Positions 53,552 through 64,000 of a stretch of 64,000 bases of DNA are shown here, piece after piece. Under the pieces are notes generated by a model that saw only the letters and a list, made by a program, of their open reading frames with translations, was not told the origin of the DNA and did no database searches. Position 1 is the first letter of the stretch; every line of letters starts with the position of its first letter. Made by a program: the position numbers and the translations under genes. Origin of the DNA: Ilumatobacteraceae bacterium (GTDB lineage: Bacteria > Actinomycetota > Acidimicrobiia > Acidimicrobiales > Ilumatobacteraceae); the NCBI GenBank assembly GCA_049458915.1, contig JBMUCX010000001.1:389-64388 (forward strand), in the 5' to 3' direction.

Positions 53552-54613
53552 ATGCCCACCACCGGCCCGATCTCTCCAGCTTCGAACGCTCTCGACGTAC
53601 GCAGGATCCGGGCCACGATCGAAGACGTCGCTCTGGCAGCCGGAGTATCGGTCGCCACGGTCAGTCGAGCGCTCCGTGGGCTCCCGAACGTCGCCGACTC
53701 CACCCGGGTGAAGGTGCAGCGGATCGCCAGCGACCTGCACTACCGCGCCGACCCGGCCGCTTCACGACTCGCCGCCGGACGCTCGCGATCGGTCGCCGTC
53801 GCCGTCCCGATTCTCAACGGCTGGTACTTCTCACACGTCGTCGCCGGGATCGCGGCGGTCTGTGCCGAGGCCGGCTACGACACGATCGTCATCGGTCTCG
53901 GGGCCGCGCGCTCGTGCATCGAACTGCTCGATGGCTCCGACGCCCTCCACCGCCGAGCAGACGGTGTGATCGTCGTCGACGTCGCGCTGTCACCCGACGA
54001 CGTCCGATCGCTCGATGAACGCGGCCTGGCATTGGTGGCGATCGGACCGGTGCTCGACGGCGTGCCCTCGATCGGCATCGACGACGTGGCCGTCGGGGAA
54101 CTCGCCGCTGGACATCTGCTCGAACTGGGCCACCGTCGGATCGGACTCGTACGCGGCGAGGTCGAGAACCCGTTCGGGTTCGTCGTCCCGCAACTGCGCC
54201 AACGCGGGTTCGAAACGGCTCACGCGCCGCTCGGACTCGAGCCGGACCCGACGCTGTACGTCGATGGGAGTTTCACCGTCCACGGCGGTTACGAGGCCGC
54301 GGAACGACTCCTCGACCGGGACGACCCTCCCACGGCGATCTTCGCACTGTCCGACGAGATGGCATTCGGCGTGCTGCACGCCGCGGCCGACCGCGGTATC
54401 CGTGTCCCGGACGACCTCTCGGTGATCGGGGTCGACGATCACGACGTCGCCGCCGTCCTCGGACTGTCGACCATCCACCAGGACGTCGACCGGCACGGAG
54501 CCGGCGCCGCGCGCCTCATGGTGGCCGCGCTCGCCGGAGATCACCCGGCGCCGACACGGCACAACGACCCGATCCACCTCGTCCGACGCACGAGCACCGC
54601 TCCACCTCGGTGA
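53552..54613 (+). CDS. LacI family transcriptional regulator
   Basis: The HTH region is ATIEDVALAAGVSVATVSRALRG, followed by a periplasmic-binding-protein-like effector domain. Confidence 0.92.
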   Translation: MPTTGPISPASNALDVRRIRATIEDVALAAGVSVATVSRALRGLPNVADSTRVKVQRIASDLHYRADPAASRLAAGRSRSVAVAVPILNGWYFSHVVAGIAAVCAEAGYDTIVIGLGAARSCIELLDGSDALHRRADGVIVVDVALSPDDVRSLDERGLALVAIGPVLDGVPSIGIDDVAVGELAAGHLLELGHRRIGLVRGEVENPFGFVVPQLRQRGFETAHAPLGLEPDPTLYVDGSFTVHGGYEAAERLLDRDDPPTAIFALSDEMAFGVLHAAADRGIRVPDDLSVIGVDDHDVAAVLGLSTIHQDVDRHGAGAARLMVAALAGDHPAPTRHNDPIHLVRRTSTAPPR

Positions 54614-54663
54614 CGCCGTCGGAGACGGCCCGCCGCCGCCCTCGGATCGCTACCGTGGTCCGC

Positions 54664-55581
54664 ATGTCGACCTCCGCCCAGCCTTCGCTCGTCAACGCGT
54701 CACCCCGCCCGCTCGGTTCACTCGGCACCGTGGGCGCACTCGCGTACGGACAGTGGCGCTACACCACCGACGACCTCGGCCGAGCCAGGTCGCTCATCGA
54801 GACGGCGCTCGACGCCGGGATGAACCTGATCGACACCGCCGACGTGTACGGACTCGATTGGGGTGGCTCCGGATTCGGCGACGTCGAGGCCCTGCTCGGG
54901 CGGGTGCTCGCCGACACACCGGCCCTGCGCGACCGGATGGTCCTCGCGACGAAGGGCGGCATCGTTCCACCAGTGCCCTACGACTCGTCTCCGCGTCGCC
55001 TCGTCGAGGCGTGCGATGACTCGCTGCGCCGACTCGGTGTCGACACGATCGACCTCTACCAGATTCACCGGCCCGACATGTACACCCACCCGGCCGACGT
55101 CGCCGCCACCCTCGACGGGCTCCGGACGGCCGGCAAGATCCGCGAGGTGGGTGTGTCCAACCACACGACCGCCCAGGTCGCAGCACTCCAGGCGCACCTG
55201 CCGTTCGCGATCGTGAGCACCCAACCCGAATACTCCGTCGCCTGCCTCGCTCCGATGCGCGACGGGACCTTCGATCAGAGCATGGAGCGCGGCATCGTCC
55301 CACTCGCCTGGAGCCCGCTCGCCGGCGGACGGGTCGTCACCGGCGACGGCATGCCGCCCGAGTTGCTCGACCTCCTGGACCGGATCGCCGAGCGGGAGTC
55401 GACCGACCGGGCGACGATTGCACTGGCGTTCGTACTGGCCCACCCGGCAGCACCGGTCGCGATCATCGGCACTCAACAGCCGGATCGGATCCGAGCCTCG
55501 CTCCGAGCCTTCGACGTACACCTCGACCGCGCCGACGTGTACGCGATCGTGCAGGCGTCCGAGGGCGTCCCGCTCCCCTGA
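54664..55581 (+). CDS. Aldo/keto reductase
   Basis: GMNLIDTADVYG, IDLYQIHRPD and EVGVSN are present. The start is ATG 54664, with an alternative at 54610. Confidence 0.88.
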   Translation: MSTSAQPSLVNASPRPLGSLGTVGALAYGQWRYTTDDLGRARSLIETALDAGMNLIDTADVYGLDWGGSGFGDVEALLGRVLADTPALRDRMVLATKGGIVPPVPYDSSPRRLVEACDDSLRRLGVDTIDLYQIHRPDMYTHPADVAATLDGLRTAGKIREVGVSNHTTAQVAALQAHLPFAIVSTQPEYSVACLAPMRDGTFDQSMERGIVPLAWSPLAGGRVVTGDGMPPELLDLLDRIAERESTDRATIALAFVLAHPAAPVAIIGTQQPDRIRASLRAFDVHLDRADVYAIVQASEGVPLP

Positions 55582-55595
55582 CGGCCCGACGGGCG

Positions 55596-56762
<1,167 letters not shown>

Positions 56763-56913
56763 GGCATCTCCTTCTCCGGACCCGACGAGCCGATCGCCGG
56801 GCAGAACCGGGTTCCCGGCGTGACGTGTAAGCGCTTGCATCCCACACTAGTTGAACGGCTCTCGGTCGACCAGGCGATCGGGAGGACCCCCACCGCCGGT
56901 AACGTCGTCCGAC

Positions 56914-57507
56914 GTGAATCAGGTGAAGAACCGTCTGCAATCCCTCGGTCTGCTCGATCGTGCGTTCGCCAGCACGACCGACGACGAGATCACCCGAGTG
57001 ATCGAAGCCCTCGGCGACGACCATCGCGACGCACTCACCGATCTGCTCGACGGTGAACCCGACGCTGCGGCGATCCGGGCGGCGATCGTCTCGGGACGGA
57101 TCGACGGCACGATGGAGAGCATCGCGCTCGTTCTCACCGACGCATGTCTGGCCGAGTGCATCGAGGAACTCGGGCCGGCAGCGGAACAGCCGTCGAGCGA
57201 CCAACTGCGCGACGTCCTCCCCGGCTTGGTCGAGCAGCACGGACTGTCGATCACCCGGTTGATGCTCGCATCGACGGTGGCCGGTGAAGCGCCGGCGTCG
57301 GCGATCATCCGCGACCTGCTGAAGAACGACGACCTCGTCAAGTTGCCACCCGCCGAGGAGCGTGCCGGAAGTCCACTGCTCCAGACGTCGAACGAGGACG
57401 ATCCCGAACGTCAGGCGCTCAAGGCGCGCCGTAAGGAGCAGCGCCTGCAGAAGCAGGCTGCGGAGCGCGCTCGCCGCGAGCAGGCCGCTCGGGCCAAGCG
57501 TCGCTGA
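56914..57507 (+). CDS. Hypothetical protein with a basic coiled-coil C-terminal tail
   Basis: The ORF has coding-like composition and the C-terminus is ERQALKARRKEQRLQKQAAERARREQAARAKRR. The start is uncertain (GTG 56914). Confidence 0.45.
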   Translation: MNQVKNRLQSLGLLDRAFASTTDDEITRVIEALGDDHRDALTDLLDGEPDAAAIRAAIVSGRIDGTMESIALVLTDACLAECIEELGPAAEQPSSDQLRDVLPGLVEQHGLSITRLMLASTVAGEAPASAIIRDLLKNDDLVKLPPAEERAGSPLLQTSNEDDPERQALKARRKEQRLQKQAAERARREQAARAKRR

Positions 57508-57517
57508 CGACGCCCGC

Positions 57518-58021
57518 TCACCGGGTGTCGCCGGTCGTCGAGATCCGGCGCTCGTGGTCGAGCAGCCATGCCTTGGCAGCGAGACCACCTGCGAAGCCGG
57601 TCAACCGACCATCGGACCCGACCACGCGATGACAGGGAACGACGATCGGGATCGGGTTCCGCCCGTTCGCCGCACCCACCGCACGCGACTTGTTGCGATC
57701 ACCGAGCCGACTCGCCTGCTCGCCGTAGCTGATCGTCTCCCCGTACGGAACGGTGCGGAGCACCGCCCACACCTCGCGTTGGAAGGCGGTTCCGGTCGGG
57801 TCGAGTGGGAGATCGAATTCGGTCCGGAACCCGGCGAAGTACTCGTCCAACTGGAGCAGCGCCGAGCCCAACACCGGATGGTCGACCGGAACCGGTGACT
57901 CGGCATCCGGCGAGTCGTCGGCGAACCTGATCTCCACGACGGCGACAGCGGACGCCACCACGTCGAGCCGGCCGATCGGAGTGCTGATCGATGCAACGGT
58001 TCGATCGGAATGCGCGCTCAT
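57518..58021 (-). CDS. ogt: Methylated-DNA--protein-cysteine methyltransferase
   Basis: The active site is PCHRVV. The start at ATG 58021 overlaps the upstream stop by 4 nt. Confidence 0.92.
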   Translation of the reverse strand: MSAHSDRTVASISTPIGRLDVVASAVAVVEIRFADDSPDAESPVPVDHPVLGSALLQLDEYFAGFRTEFDLPLDPTGTAFQREVWAVLRTVPYGETISYGEQASRLGDRNKSRAVGAANGRNPIPIVVPCHRVVGSDGRLTGFAGGLAAKAWLLDHERRISTTGDTR

Positions 58022-59478
58022 CGGGGGCTCCACACGGTGTTCCAGATGTGTCGTGTCGCATAGGAACGCCACGGTCGCCACCGATCCGGGTCGAGACCGC
58101 CAGGAGCGATCCGCTCGACTCCACGGCGGAGGACCAGGTCACCCACCGGGAAGACATCGGGGTCGCCCAACCCACGCATGGCGACGAGGTCGACCGTCCA
58201 CGGCCCGACACCGACGACCGAACCGAGCGACCGGAGGACCTCCCGCCGGTCGGCCCACCGGTCGAGGTCCACCCGTCCGTCGACGACCGCCTGCGCCACC
58301 CGACACACGGTGGCAGCCCGCTGGCGCGGGAGCGGCAGGGTCACGGGATCGACCGCCGCGAGGCGCTCCGGGGTCGGGAACACCCGATCGAGTCGCGGAT
58401 GGTCGAACGACAGCGGCTCCCCGAGCGCTGCCACGATGCGACCGGTGACCGTCGCCGCGCCCACCACCGAGACCTGCTGCCCGATCACCGTGCGGATCGC
58501 CGCCTCGAACGGATCGACACTCCCCGGCGAACGCAACCCCGGGCAACGACCGACCGACGAAGTGAGCACCGGGTCACTGGACAGCGCCGCATCGATGGCC
58601 ACGGGGTCGGCATCGAGGTCGAGCCACCTCCGCACCCGCTCGACCGCCGGTGCGAGGTCGCGCCAATCGGCGAGGCGGAACTCGGCGCGAACCGCTTCGT
58701 CGTCGATGATCGTCACACCCACGACGCCGTGTCCGTGTGGAAGCGCCAATGTGCGTTCGAGATGACCGGTGGCGGACTCCTCGACGTGCTCGAGACCCGG
58801 TACGGCGTGGGCGCCGATGAACCGAACGAGCTCTCGTCCCGCGAACGGCGTGCGAACGGGCAACCGTACGGCCACCACGCCGGGGTCGGCCTTCGGTCGT
58901 CGGGTCGACGCGGCGAGCCGGAGGGAGCCCGGCGTCGTCGCGTACACCGAACGGATCGTGTCGTTGAACTGGCGGGTGCTGCCGAACCCGGCAGCGACGG
59001 CGACCTCTGCCATCGCCAGGTCGGTCGTCTCCAACAGCACCCGTGCCGTCTCGGCCCGGCGAACCCTGGCGAGCGACGTCGGGCCGGCTCCGAGTTCGGC
59101 GACCAGGAGTCGGCGCAGTTGCCGCTCCCCGTAACCGAGTCGCCGGGCGAGGCCGGGGACGCCGTCGCGGTCGACGGCACCGTCGGCGATCAGACGAACG
59201 GCTCGGGCGACCACATCGGCCCGCAGGTCCCACTCCGGCGAACCGGGCGTCGCATCGGGTCGGCATCGCTTGCACGCCCGGAATCCTCGGGCGTGGGCGG
59301 CGGCGGTCGTCGGATGGAACTCGACGTTCGACCGCTTCGGTGTGACGGCCGGGCAACTCGGCCGACAGTAGATCCCGGTGGTACGCACCGCCAGGACGAA
59401 CCAGCCGTCGAACCGCCGGTCTCGACTCCGCACGGCTCGGTAACACCGATCGATGTCGAGCAGCGGGCCATCCGTCAT
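58018..59478 (-). CDS. alkA: Ada N-terminal (Zn, AraC HTH) fused to AlkA-type 3-methyladenine DNA glycosylase
   Basis: The Cys4 Ada Zn region is YCRPSCP...CKRCRP. The AraC-type HTH is AEVAVAAGFGSTRQFNDTIR. An HhH-GPD glycosylase C-terminus follows. The start is ATG 59478. Confidence 0.88.
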   Translation of the reverse strand: MTDGPLLDIDRCYRAVRSRDRRFDGWFVLAVRTTGIYCRPSCPAVTPKRSNVEFHPTTAAAHARGFRACKRCRPDATPGSPEWDLRADVVARAVRLIADGAVDRDGVPGLARRLGYGERQLRRLLVAELGAGPTSLARVRRAETARVLLETTDLAMAEVAVAAGFGSTRQFNDTIRSVYATTPGSLRLAASTRRPKADPGVVAVRLPVRTPFAGRELVRFIGAHAVPGLEHVEESATGHLERTLALPHGHGVVGVTIIDDEAVRAEFRLADWRDLAPAVERVRRWLDLDADPVAIDAALSSDPVLTSSVGRCPGLRSPGSVDPFEAAIRTVIGQQVSVVGAATVTGRIVAALGEPLSFDHPRLDRVFPTPERLAAVDPVTLPLPRQRAATVCRVAQAVVDGRVDLDRWADRREVLRSLGSVVGVGPWTVDLVAMRGLGDPDVFPVGDLVLRRGVERIAPGGLDPDRWRPWRSYATRHIWNTVWSPR

Positions 59479-59574
59479 CCGACCATCATGCCGCCTGGCT
59501 CGGCTCGCTCCGAGCGGAAATCGGACATCGAGCCGAACCGACGCGAGACGGCCCGGTCTGGTAGCGATACCGGC

Positions 59575-60459
59575 GTGCACACCGCCTCCTGCACCGCGCG
59601 AGCGGCACTCGCCGGCAATCCGTCCGACGGCTACGGCGGGGCGGTCGTCGCCGTGCCCGTCCCCGATTTCACCGCCACCGTCACCACGTCCCCTGCCGCG
59701 AACTGCACGATCCGTGCGACCGATCCGGACCTCCGAGCGCTGCTGCACGCCACCGTCGAGGCCTTCGAGGACGTCGCCGGACCGGCGCCACCCGTCGAGT
59801 TGACCGCCGCCACCAGCATCCCCCGATCGGTCGGTCTCGCCGGTTCGAGCGCGTTGGTGATCGCCGCACTACGGGCACTGGCCGAACCGGCCGGCCGTCG
59901 CTGGAACCCGATCGAACTCGCCGAACTCGCACTGTCGGTCGAGGTCGACCGACTCCGGATCACCGCCGGTCTCCAGGACCGGCTCGTCCAAGCGATCGGT
60001 CGACCGGTCCTGATGCGCTTCGATCCGGTGTCGTTCCATCCGGTCGACGGGGCGGAGGGCATCCCGCTGTTCGTGGCGTGGGACACGACTTCGGCCGAGT
60101 CGAGCGGCACGGTCCACGGCTCGCTCCGGGAACGCTTCGACGCCGGCGAGCGACTCGTCCACCGCGCCATGCGCGACCTCGCCGAGTGTGCCGAGCGAGC
60201 CGCACGAGCACTCGACTGCGGCGACCGCGACGGGCTCGCTGCAGCGATGGACCGGTCGTTCGATCTGCGGGTCTCCATCGTCGACGTCGGGGCGCCGCAG
60301 GAGCGTCTCGTCGAGGTCGGGAGGCGCCACGGTGCCGCCGTCAACTCCGCCGGCTCGGGCGGATCGGTCGTCGGGTTGGCGGCGGACCCGGTCGACATCG
60401 ACGATCTCCAGCGGGCGTACACCGAACTCGGTGCCGGGTTCGTCGCACTCGGCCGGTGA
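59575..60459 (+). CDS. GHMP-family kinase (glucuronokinase-like N-terminus)
   Basis: AALAGNPSDGYGG and GHMP motif II (PRSVGLAGSSALVIAAL) are present. The start is GTG 59575. Confidence 0.75.
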   Translation: MHTASCTARAALAGNPSDGYGGAVVAVPVPDFTATVTTSPAANCTIRATDPDLRALLHATVEAFEDVAGPAPPVELTAATSIPRSVGLAGSSALVIAALRALAEPAGRRWNPIELAELALSVEVDRLRITAGLQDRLVQAIGRPVLMRFDPVSFHPVDGAEGIPLFVAWDTTSAESSGTVHGSLRERFDAGERLVHRAMRDLAECAERAARALDCGDRDGLAAAMDRSFDLRVSIVDVGAPQERLVEVGRRHGAAVNSAGSGGSVVGLAADPVDIDDLQRAYTELGAGFVALGR

Positions 60460-60462
60460 AGG

Positions 60463-61896
60463 TCAGCCTCGGCGTCGCTCCAACAGGTCGCTCACGAGAC
60501 GTCCGTCGGCCTGGCCTCGACTCGACTTCATGATGTGACCGACGAGTGCGCCCATCGCCTTGCCTTCCCCGGCGCAGTACTTCGCCCACGCCTCGGGTTG
60601 GGCAGCGATCGCAGCATCGACCAGCGACTCCAACTCGCCCGTGTCCATCGCCTCGAACCCCTTCTCGGCGGCGATCGCAGCAGCATCGCCGCCACCTCGC
60701 TCGAGCAGTTCTGCGAGCACCGCCTTGGCCTGGGTCGCAGTCAGTTCACCCGCCACCTCGAGGCGGGTCAGTCCGGCGAGGTCCCCGGCCGGGAGCGGCG
60801 GGACCGGACCGGCCTCGGCGAACGCCTCCTTCAGATGGACCACGGCGCGGCCGAGATCGCCACCCGCCGCCGCGACGGCGAAGGCGTAGTCGTCCTGTCC
60901 GCGATCGACGATCACGGACACGGCGTCGCCATCGGCAGCCAGGCCGGTCGCCGCAGCGAGGCGCACGCGGCGGGCCGCCGGCAACATCGGCAAGCCCGCA
61001 CGGACCTCCTCGATCCACGCCGGGTCGGGAACGAGCGGGACGAGGTCGGGCTCGAGGAAGTACCGATAGTCGTCGGCGTCCTCCTTGTCGCGCAGCGTAT
61101 GGGTCTTCGAGTCACCCTCGTCCCAATGGCGCGTCTGCTGGCGCACCCGATCACCCGATTCGATCACAAGAATCTGTCGCTTGGCCTCGTAATCGATCGC
61201 TCGCCCGACCGACCGGACGGAGTTGACGTTCTTGATCTCGCACCGGGTCCCGAGTCCGTCCCCGGGACGACGGACCGACACATTGGCGTCGACCCGCATC
61301 GAGCCCTCCTCCATCTTCGCATCGGACGCTCCGATCGCGAGGAGGATCGCCCTCAGTTCGGTCACGTACTGACGCGCCTGCTCGGGCGAGCGGATGTCGG
61401 GCCGGCTGACGATCTCGACGAGCGGCACCCCCGCCCGGTTCAGATCGATCAGCGAATGATCGGCACCGTGGACCCGACCGGACTCCCCGGCGTGCACCGT
61501 CTTCCCCGCGTCTTCTTCGACGTGGGCGCGTTCGATTCCGATCCGGGTGCCGTCGGGGAGATCCAGCCAACCGTCGACGTTCAGGGGATCCTCGTACTGG
61601 CTGATCTGGTACGCCTTCGGCATGTCCGGGTAGAAGTAGTTCTTCCGTGCGAAGGTGCACGGCTGGACGCTGCAGTTGAGCGCCAGACCGATGCGCATCG
61701 CCAACTCGACGGCCTGCCGGTTCAGGACCGGGAGTGCTCCGGGGAGGCCGAGGGTGACCGGATCGATGTTGGTGTTCGGCTCGTCGCCGAACCGGTTCGG
61801 GGACGCCGAGAACAGCTTGGTCCGGGTGGCGAGTTCGACGTGCACCTCGAGTCCGACGACCATCTCGTACCCGGCATGGGTCCAGATCTCGCTCAC
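60463..61896 (-). CDS. gatB: Asp/Glu-tRNA amidotransferase subunit B
   Basis: YEMVVGLEVHVEL and the overall length fit gatB. The gene is downstream of gatA, overlapping it by 4 nt. Confidence 0.95.
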   Translation of the reverse strand: MSEIWTHAGYEMVVGLEVHVELATRTKLFSASPNRFGDEPNTNIDPVTLGLPGALPVLNRQAVELAMRIGLALNCSVQPCTFARKNYFYPDMPKAYQISQYEDPLNVDGWLDLPDGTRIGIERAHVEEDAGKTVHAGESGRVHGADHSLIDLNRAGVPLVEIVSRPDIRSPEQARQYVTELRAILLAIGASDAKMEEGSMRVDANVSVRRPGDGLGTRCEIKNVNSVRSVGRAIDYEAKRQILVIESGDRVRQQTRHWDEGDSKTHTLRDKEDADDYRYFLEPDLVPLVPDPAWIEEVRAGLPMLPAARRVRLAAATGLAADGDAVSVIVDRGQDDYAFAVAAAGGDLGRAVVHLKEAFAEAGPVPPLPAGDLAGLTRLEVAGELTATQAKAVLAELLERGGGDAAAIAAEKGFEAMDTGELESLVDAAIAAQPEAWAKYCAGEGKAMGALVGHIMKSSRGQADGRLVSDLLERRRG

Positions 61897-63350
61897 GACG
61901 CACCTCCGATCGGGGCGCGTCGTTCGAGTTCCGCTGCCACTCGGAGCATCACTCCCTCGCCGAGCGACGGGGCGATCACCTGGACCCCGACCGGCAACCC
62001 GTCGGCACCCGTCCCGAACGGCACGCTCATCGCCGGATCACCGGTGAGGTTCGCGGGGATCGTGTAGGTGTCGCAGAGATACATCGCGAGCGGGTCGGCG
62101 GTCTTGTCGCCGAACGGGAACGCGACGCTCGGTGACGACGGCGTGAGCAACACATCGCAGCGCTCGTACGCAGCGGCGAAATCGTCGGCCATCAGTCGAC
62201 GGATCCTGAGCGCCTTGCCGTAGTAGGCGTCGTAGTAGCCGGCGGACAGCGCATAGGTACCGAGCAGGATCCGCCGCTTCACCTCGTCACCGAATCCCGC
62301 CGTGCGGGTGTTGCGCATCATCTCCTCGACATCGGCACCGTCGACCCTGAGGCCGTACCTGACACCGTCGTAGCGCGCCAGGTTCGACGACGCTTCGGCC
62401 GGCGCGATCAGGTAGTACGCCGTCAGGCCGTACGTGAACGCCGGCACCTCGACGTCGACGATCGTCGCACCGGCGGCGGCGAGCGCTCCGAACGCCTCGT
62501 CGAGACGAGCCACCACATCCGGGTCGGCACCACTCGGCAGGTCGGTGATACGTCCGACACGAAGCCCGTCGACGCCGAGATCCAACACCGCCGTGAAGTC
62601 GGGGACCGGCTCGGGGATCGACGTCGAGTCCATCGGGTCGTGTCCGGCGACGACCTGCAGGGCGATCGCCGCATCGGCGACGTCGTGAGTGAACGGGCCG
62701 ATCTGGTCGAGGCTGCTCGCGAAGGCGACCAGCCCGTACCGGCTCACCCGGCCATACGTCGGTTTGAGACCCACCAAACCGCACAGCGCCGCCGGCTGGC
62801 GGATCGAACCCCCGGTGTCGGACCCGAACGACAGCGCGGCGATGCCCGCAGCGACCGCCGCCGCCGAGCCACCCGACGAGCCACCCGGGACCCGAGCAGG
62901 GTCGAGCGGGTTCCGAGTCGGTCCGAAGGCCGAGTTCTCGGTCGACGAGCCCATCGCGAACTCGTCGAGGTTGGTCTTTCCGACCACCACGGCACCGGCC
63001 GCTTCCACCAGCGCGACCGCAGTACCGTCGTATGGCGGAACCCAGCCGTCGAGGATCCGCGACGAACACGTGGTCGGCACCCCCCGGGTGCACATGTTGT
63101 CCTTGAGCGCCACGGGGACCCCGGCCAACGGGCCCGGATCGCGACCTGCGGCGATCGCCGCATCGACGATGGCCGCCCGTTCTCGGGCCCGCTCGACCGT
63201 CACCAGGTTGAAGGCGTGGATCTCGGCCTCACGGCTCTCGATCCGGAGCAGATGCTCGTCGAGCACCTCGACCGCGGTGCGCGCCCCGGAACGAACATCT
63301 GCTGCAATCCGTGCGGCCGTGTGGAACTGCGGCGACGAGTACCGGGCCAT
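61893..63350 (-). CDS. gatA: Asp/Glu-tRNA amidotransferase subunit A
   Basis: The amidase signature GGSSGGSAAAVAAG is present in a 485-aa protein. Confidence 0.95.
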   Translation of the reverse strand: MARYSSPQFHTAARIAADVRSGARTAVEVLDEHLLRIESREAEIHAFNLVTVERARERAAIVDAAIAAGRDPGPLAGVPVALKDNMCTRGVPTTCSSRILDGWVPPYDGTAVALVEAAGAVVVGKTNLDEFAMGSSTENSAFGPTRNPLDPARVPGGSSGGSAAAVAAGIAALSFGSDTGGSIRQPAALCGLVGLKPTYGRVSRYGLVAFASSLDQIGPFTHDVADAAIALQVVAGHDPMDSTSIPEPVPDFTAVLDLGVDGLRVGRITDLPSGADPDVVARLDEAFGALAAAGATIVDVEVPAFTYGLTAYYLIAPAEASSNLARYDGVRYGLRVDGADVEEMMRNTRTAGFGDEVKRRILLGTYALSAGYYDAYYGKALRIRRLMADDFAAAYERCDVLLTPSSPSVAFPFGDKTADPLAMYLCDTYTIPANLTGDPAMSVPFGTGADGLPVGVQVIAPSLGEGVMLRVAAELERRAPIGGAS

Positions 63351-63652
63351 CAGGCGTCACCACCGAGGACGGGAGGAACCCAGAATCGTCCGTCCTCGCT
63401 CCGTGGAGCGGCGGCCATGACCTCGTCACGGTCGAGGCAGGGCCGGACCTCGTCGTCGCGCAACACGTTGCGCAGCGGATACGGCTGGGTCATCGGCGTG
63501 ACCGACGACAGGTCGAGCGCATCGACGTCGGCGAAGTGGTCGAGCATGTCACCGAGTTGATGAGCGGCCCGATCGACCTCGTCGACGGTGAGGTCGAGAC
63601 GAGCCAGGCGGGCGACCTTGGCGACGTCGGCAGGGGTGATGCGATCGGACAC
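63350..63652 (-). CDS. gatC: Asp/Glu-tRNA amidotransferase subunit C
   Basis: The sequence is VSDRITPADVAKVARLARLDLT..., giving 100 aa from the GTG at 63652. Its stop overlaps the gatA start. Confidence 0.9.
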   Translation of the reverse strand: MSDRITPADVAKVARLARLDLTVDEVDRAAHQLGDMLDHFADVDALDLSSVTPMTQPYPLRNVLRDDEVRPCLDRDEVMAAAPRSEDGRFWVPPVLGGDA

Positions 63653-63662
63653 CCGGGGCAGG

Positions 63663-64000
63663 CTAATCCGCCCGGTTCGGGTCACCCACGGGATCGTCGG
63701 CGGACTCGACCATCTCCGGTTCCGGCCCATCCGGCTCCAGCACATCCGGTGCCGGCCCGTCCGACTCCAGCACATCCGGTGCCGGCCAGCGGCTCGACCT
63801 GGTCCGAGCGAACCAGACGGACCCTGCCACCACGGCAGCGAGCGCCACCCACTGGTTCCACCGGAGTCCAGCGACGTCGGACACCTCGGTCGGGTCGATA
63901 CGGAGCCCCTCGATCCAGAAGCGGCCGAGTCCGTACCCGACGAGGTACAGCGCGAAGAGCCGGCCGGGACCGAGGCGGAACCGACGGTCGACGACGAGCA
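63663..64000 (-). CDS. lgt: Prolipoprotein diacylglyceryl transferase, C-terminal part (5' end lies outside the window)
   Basis: The reverse-strand frame is open to the window edge and reads ...LFALYLVGYGLGRFWIEGLRIDP...GLRWNQWVAL... An acidic, Pro-rich repeated tail follows. Confidence 0.8.
   Translation of the reverse strand, partial: LVVDRRFRLGPGRLFALYLVGYGLGRFWIEGLRIDPTEVSDVAGLRWNQWVALAAVVAGSVWFARTRSSRWPAPDVLESDGPAPDVLEPDGPEPEMVESADDPVGDPNRAD

Noticed and set aside
57991-59574. N-terminal 528 aa of the 822-aa plus-strand ORF
   Set aside because: It is antisense to ogt and ada-alkA. Only the last 294 aa (the GHMP kinase, from GTG 59575) look like a real protein.
59575-60459. GHMP kinase as the missing homoserine kinase ThrB
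   Set aside because: The N-terminal GNPSDGYGG motif and the overall pattern resemble glucuronokinase-type GHMP kinases rather than ThrB. The gene is also not linked to thrC.

Overview
High-GC (about 68-70% by eye) chromosomal window with actinobacterial-type synteny. The minus strand carries argS-lysA-hom-thrC-rho-rpmE-prfA-prmC, and gatCAB-lgt lies at the right edge. The class cannot be assigned from sequence alone. Most of the window is core metabolism and information processing. A complete System I cytochrome c maturation cluster (ccmABCDEFGH plus a TPR CcmI-like gene) occupies 10.7-17.6 kb. Also present are an Lhr helicase with a divergent SF2 helicase, an Ada-AlkA/Ogt repair pair, one tRNA-Arg(CCG), and many single enzymes and regulators. 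Four things stand out. (1) Three translationally coupled genes at 45.7-48.8 kb all encode prepilin-type N-termini. They sit between argS and lysA, with no pilus machinery in the window. (2) A REP-associated tyrosine transposase (RAYT) is bracketed by inverted copies of a 27-nt palindromic core, and these palindromes supply the stop codons of neighbouring genes. (3) A class E sortase has a C-terminal membrane extension, and two tandem paralogous secreted proteins lie at the left edge; the complete one ends in an LAXTG sorting signal, while the C-terminus of the other lies outside the window. (4) An uncharacterised roughly 360-aa ORF and a structured leader are inserted between rpmE and prfA. 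Many long ORFs in the six-frame track are antisense or out-of-frame artefacts of the high GC content and were rejected. All family assignments rest on motifs read by eye; no database search was run.
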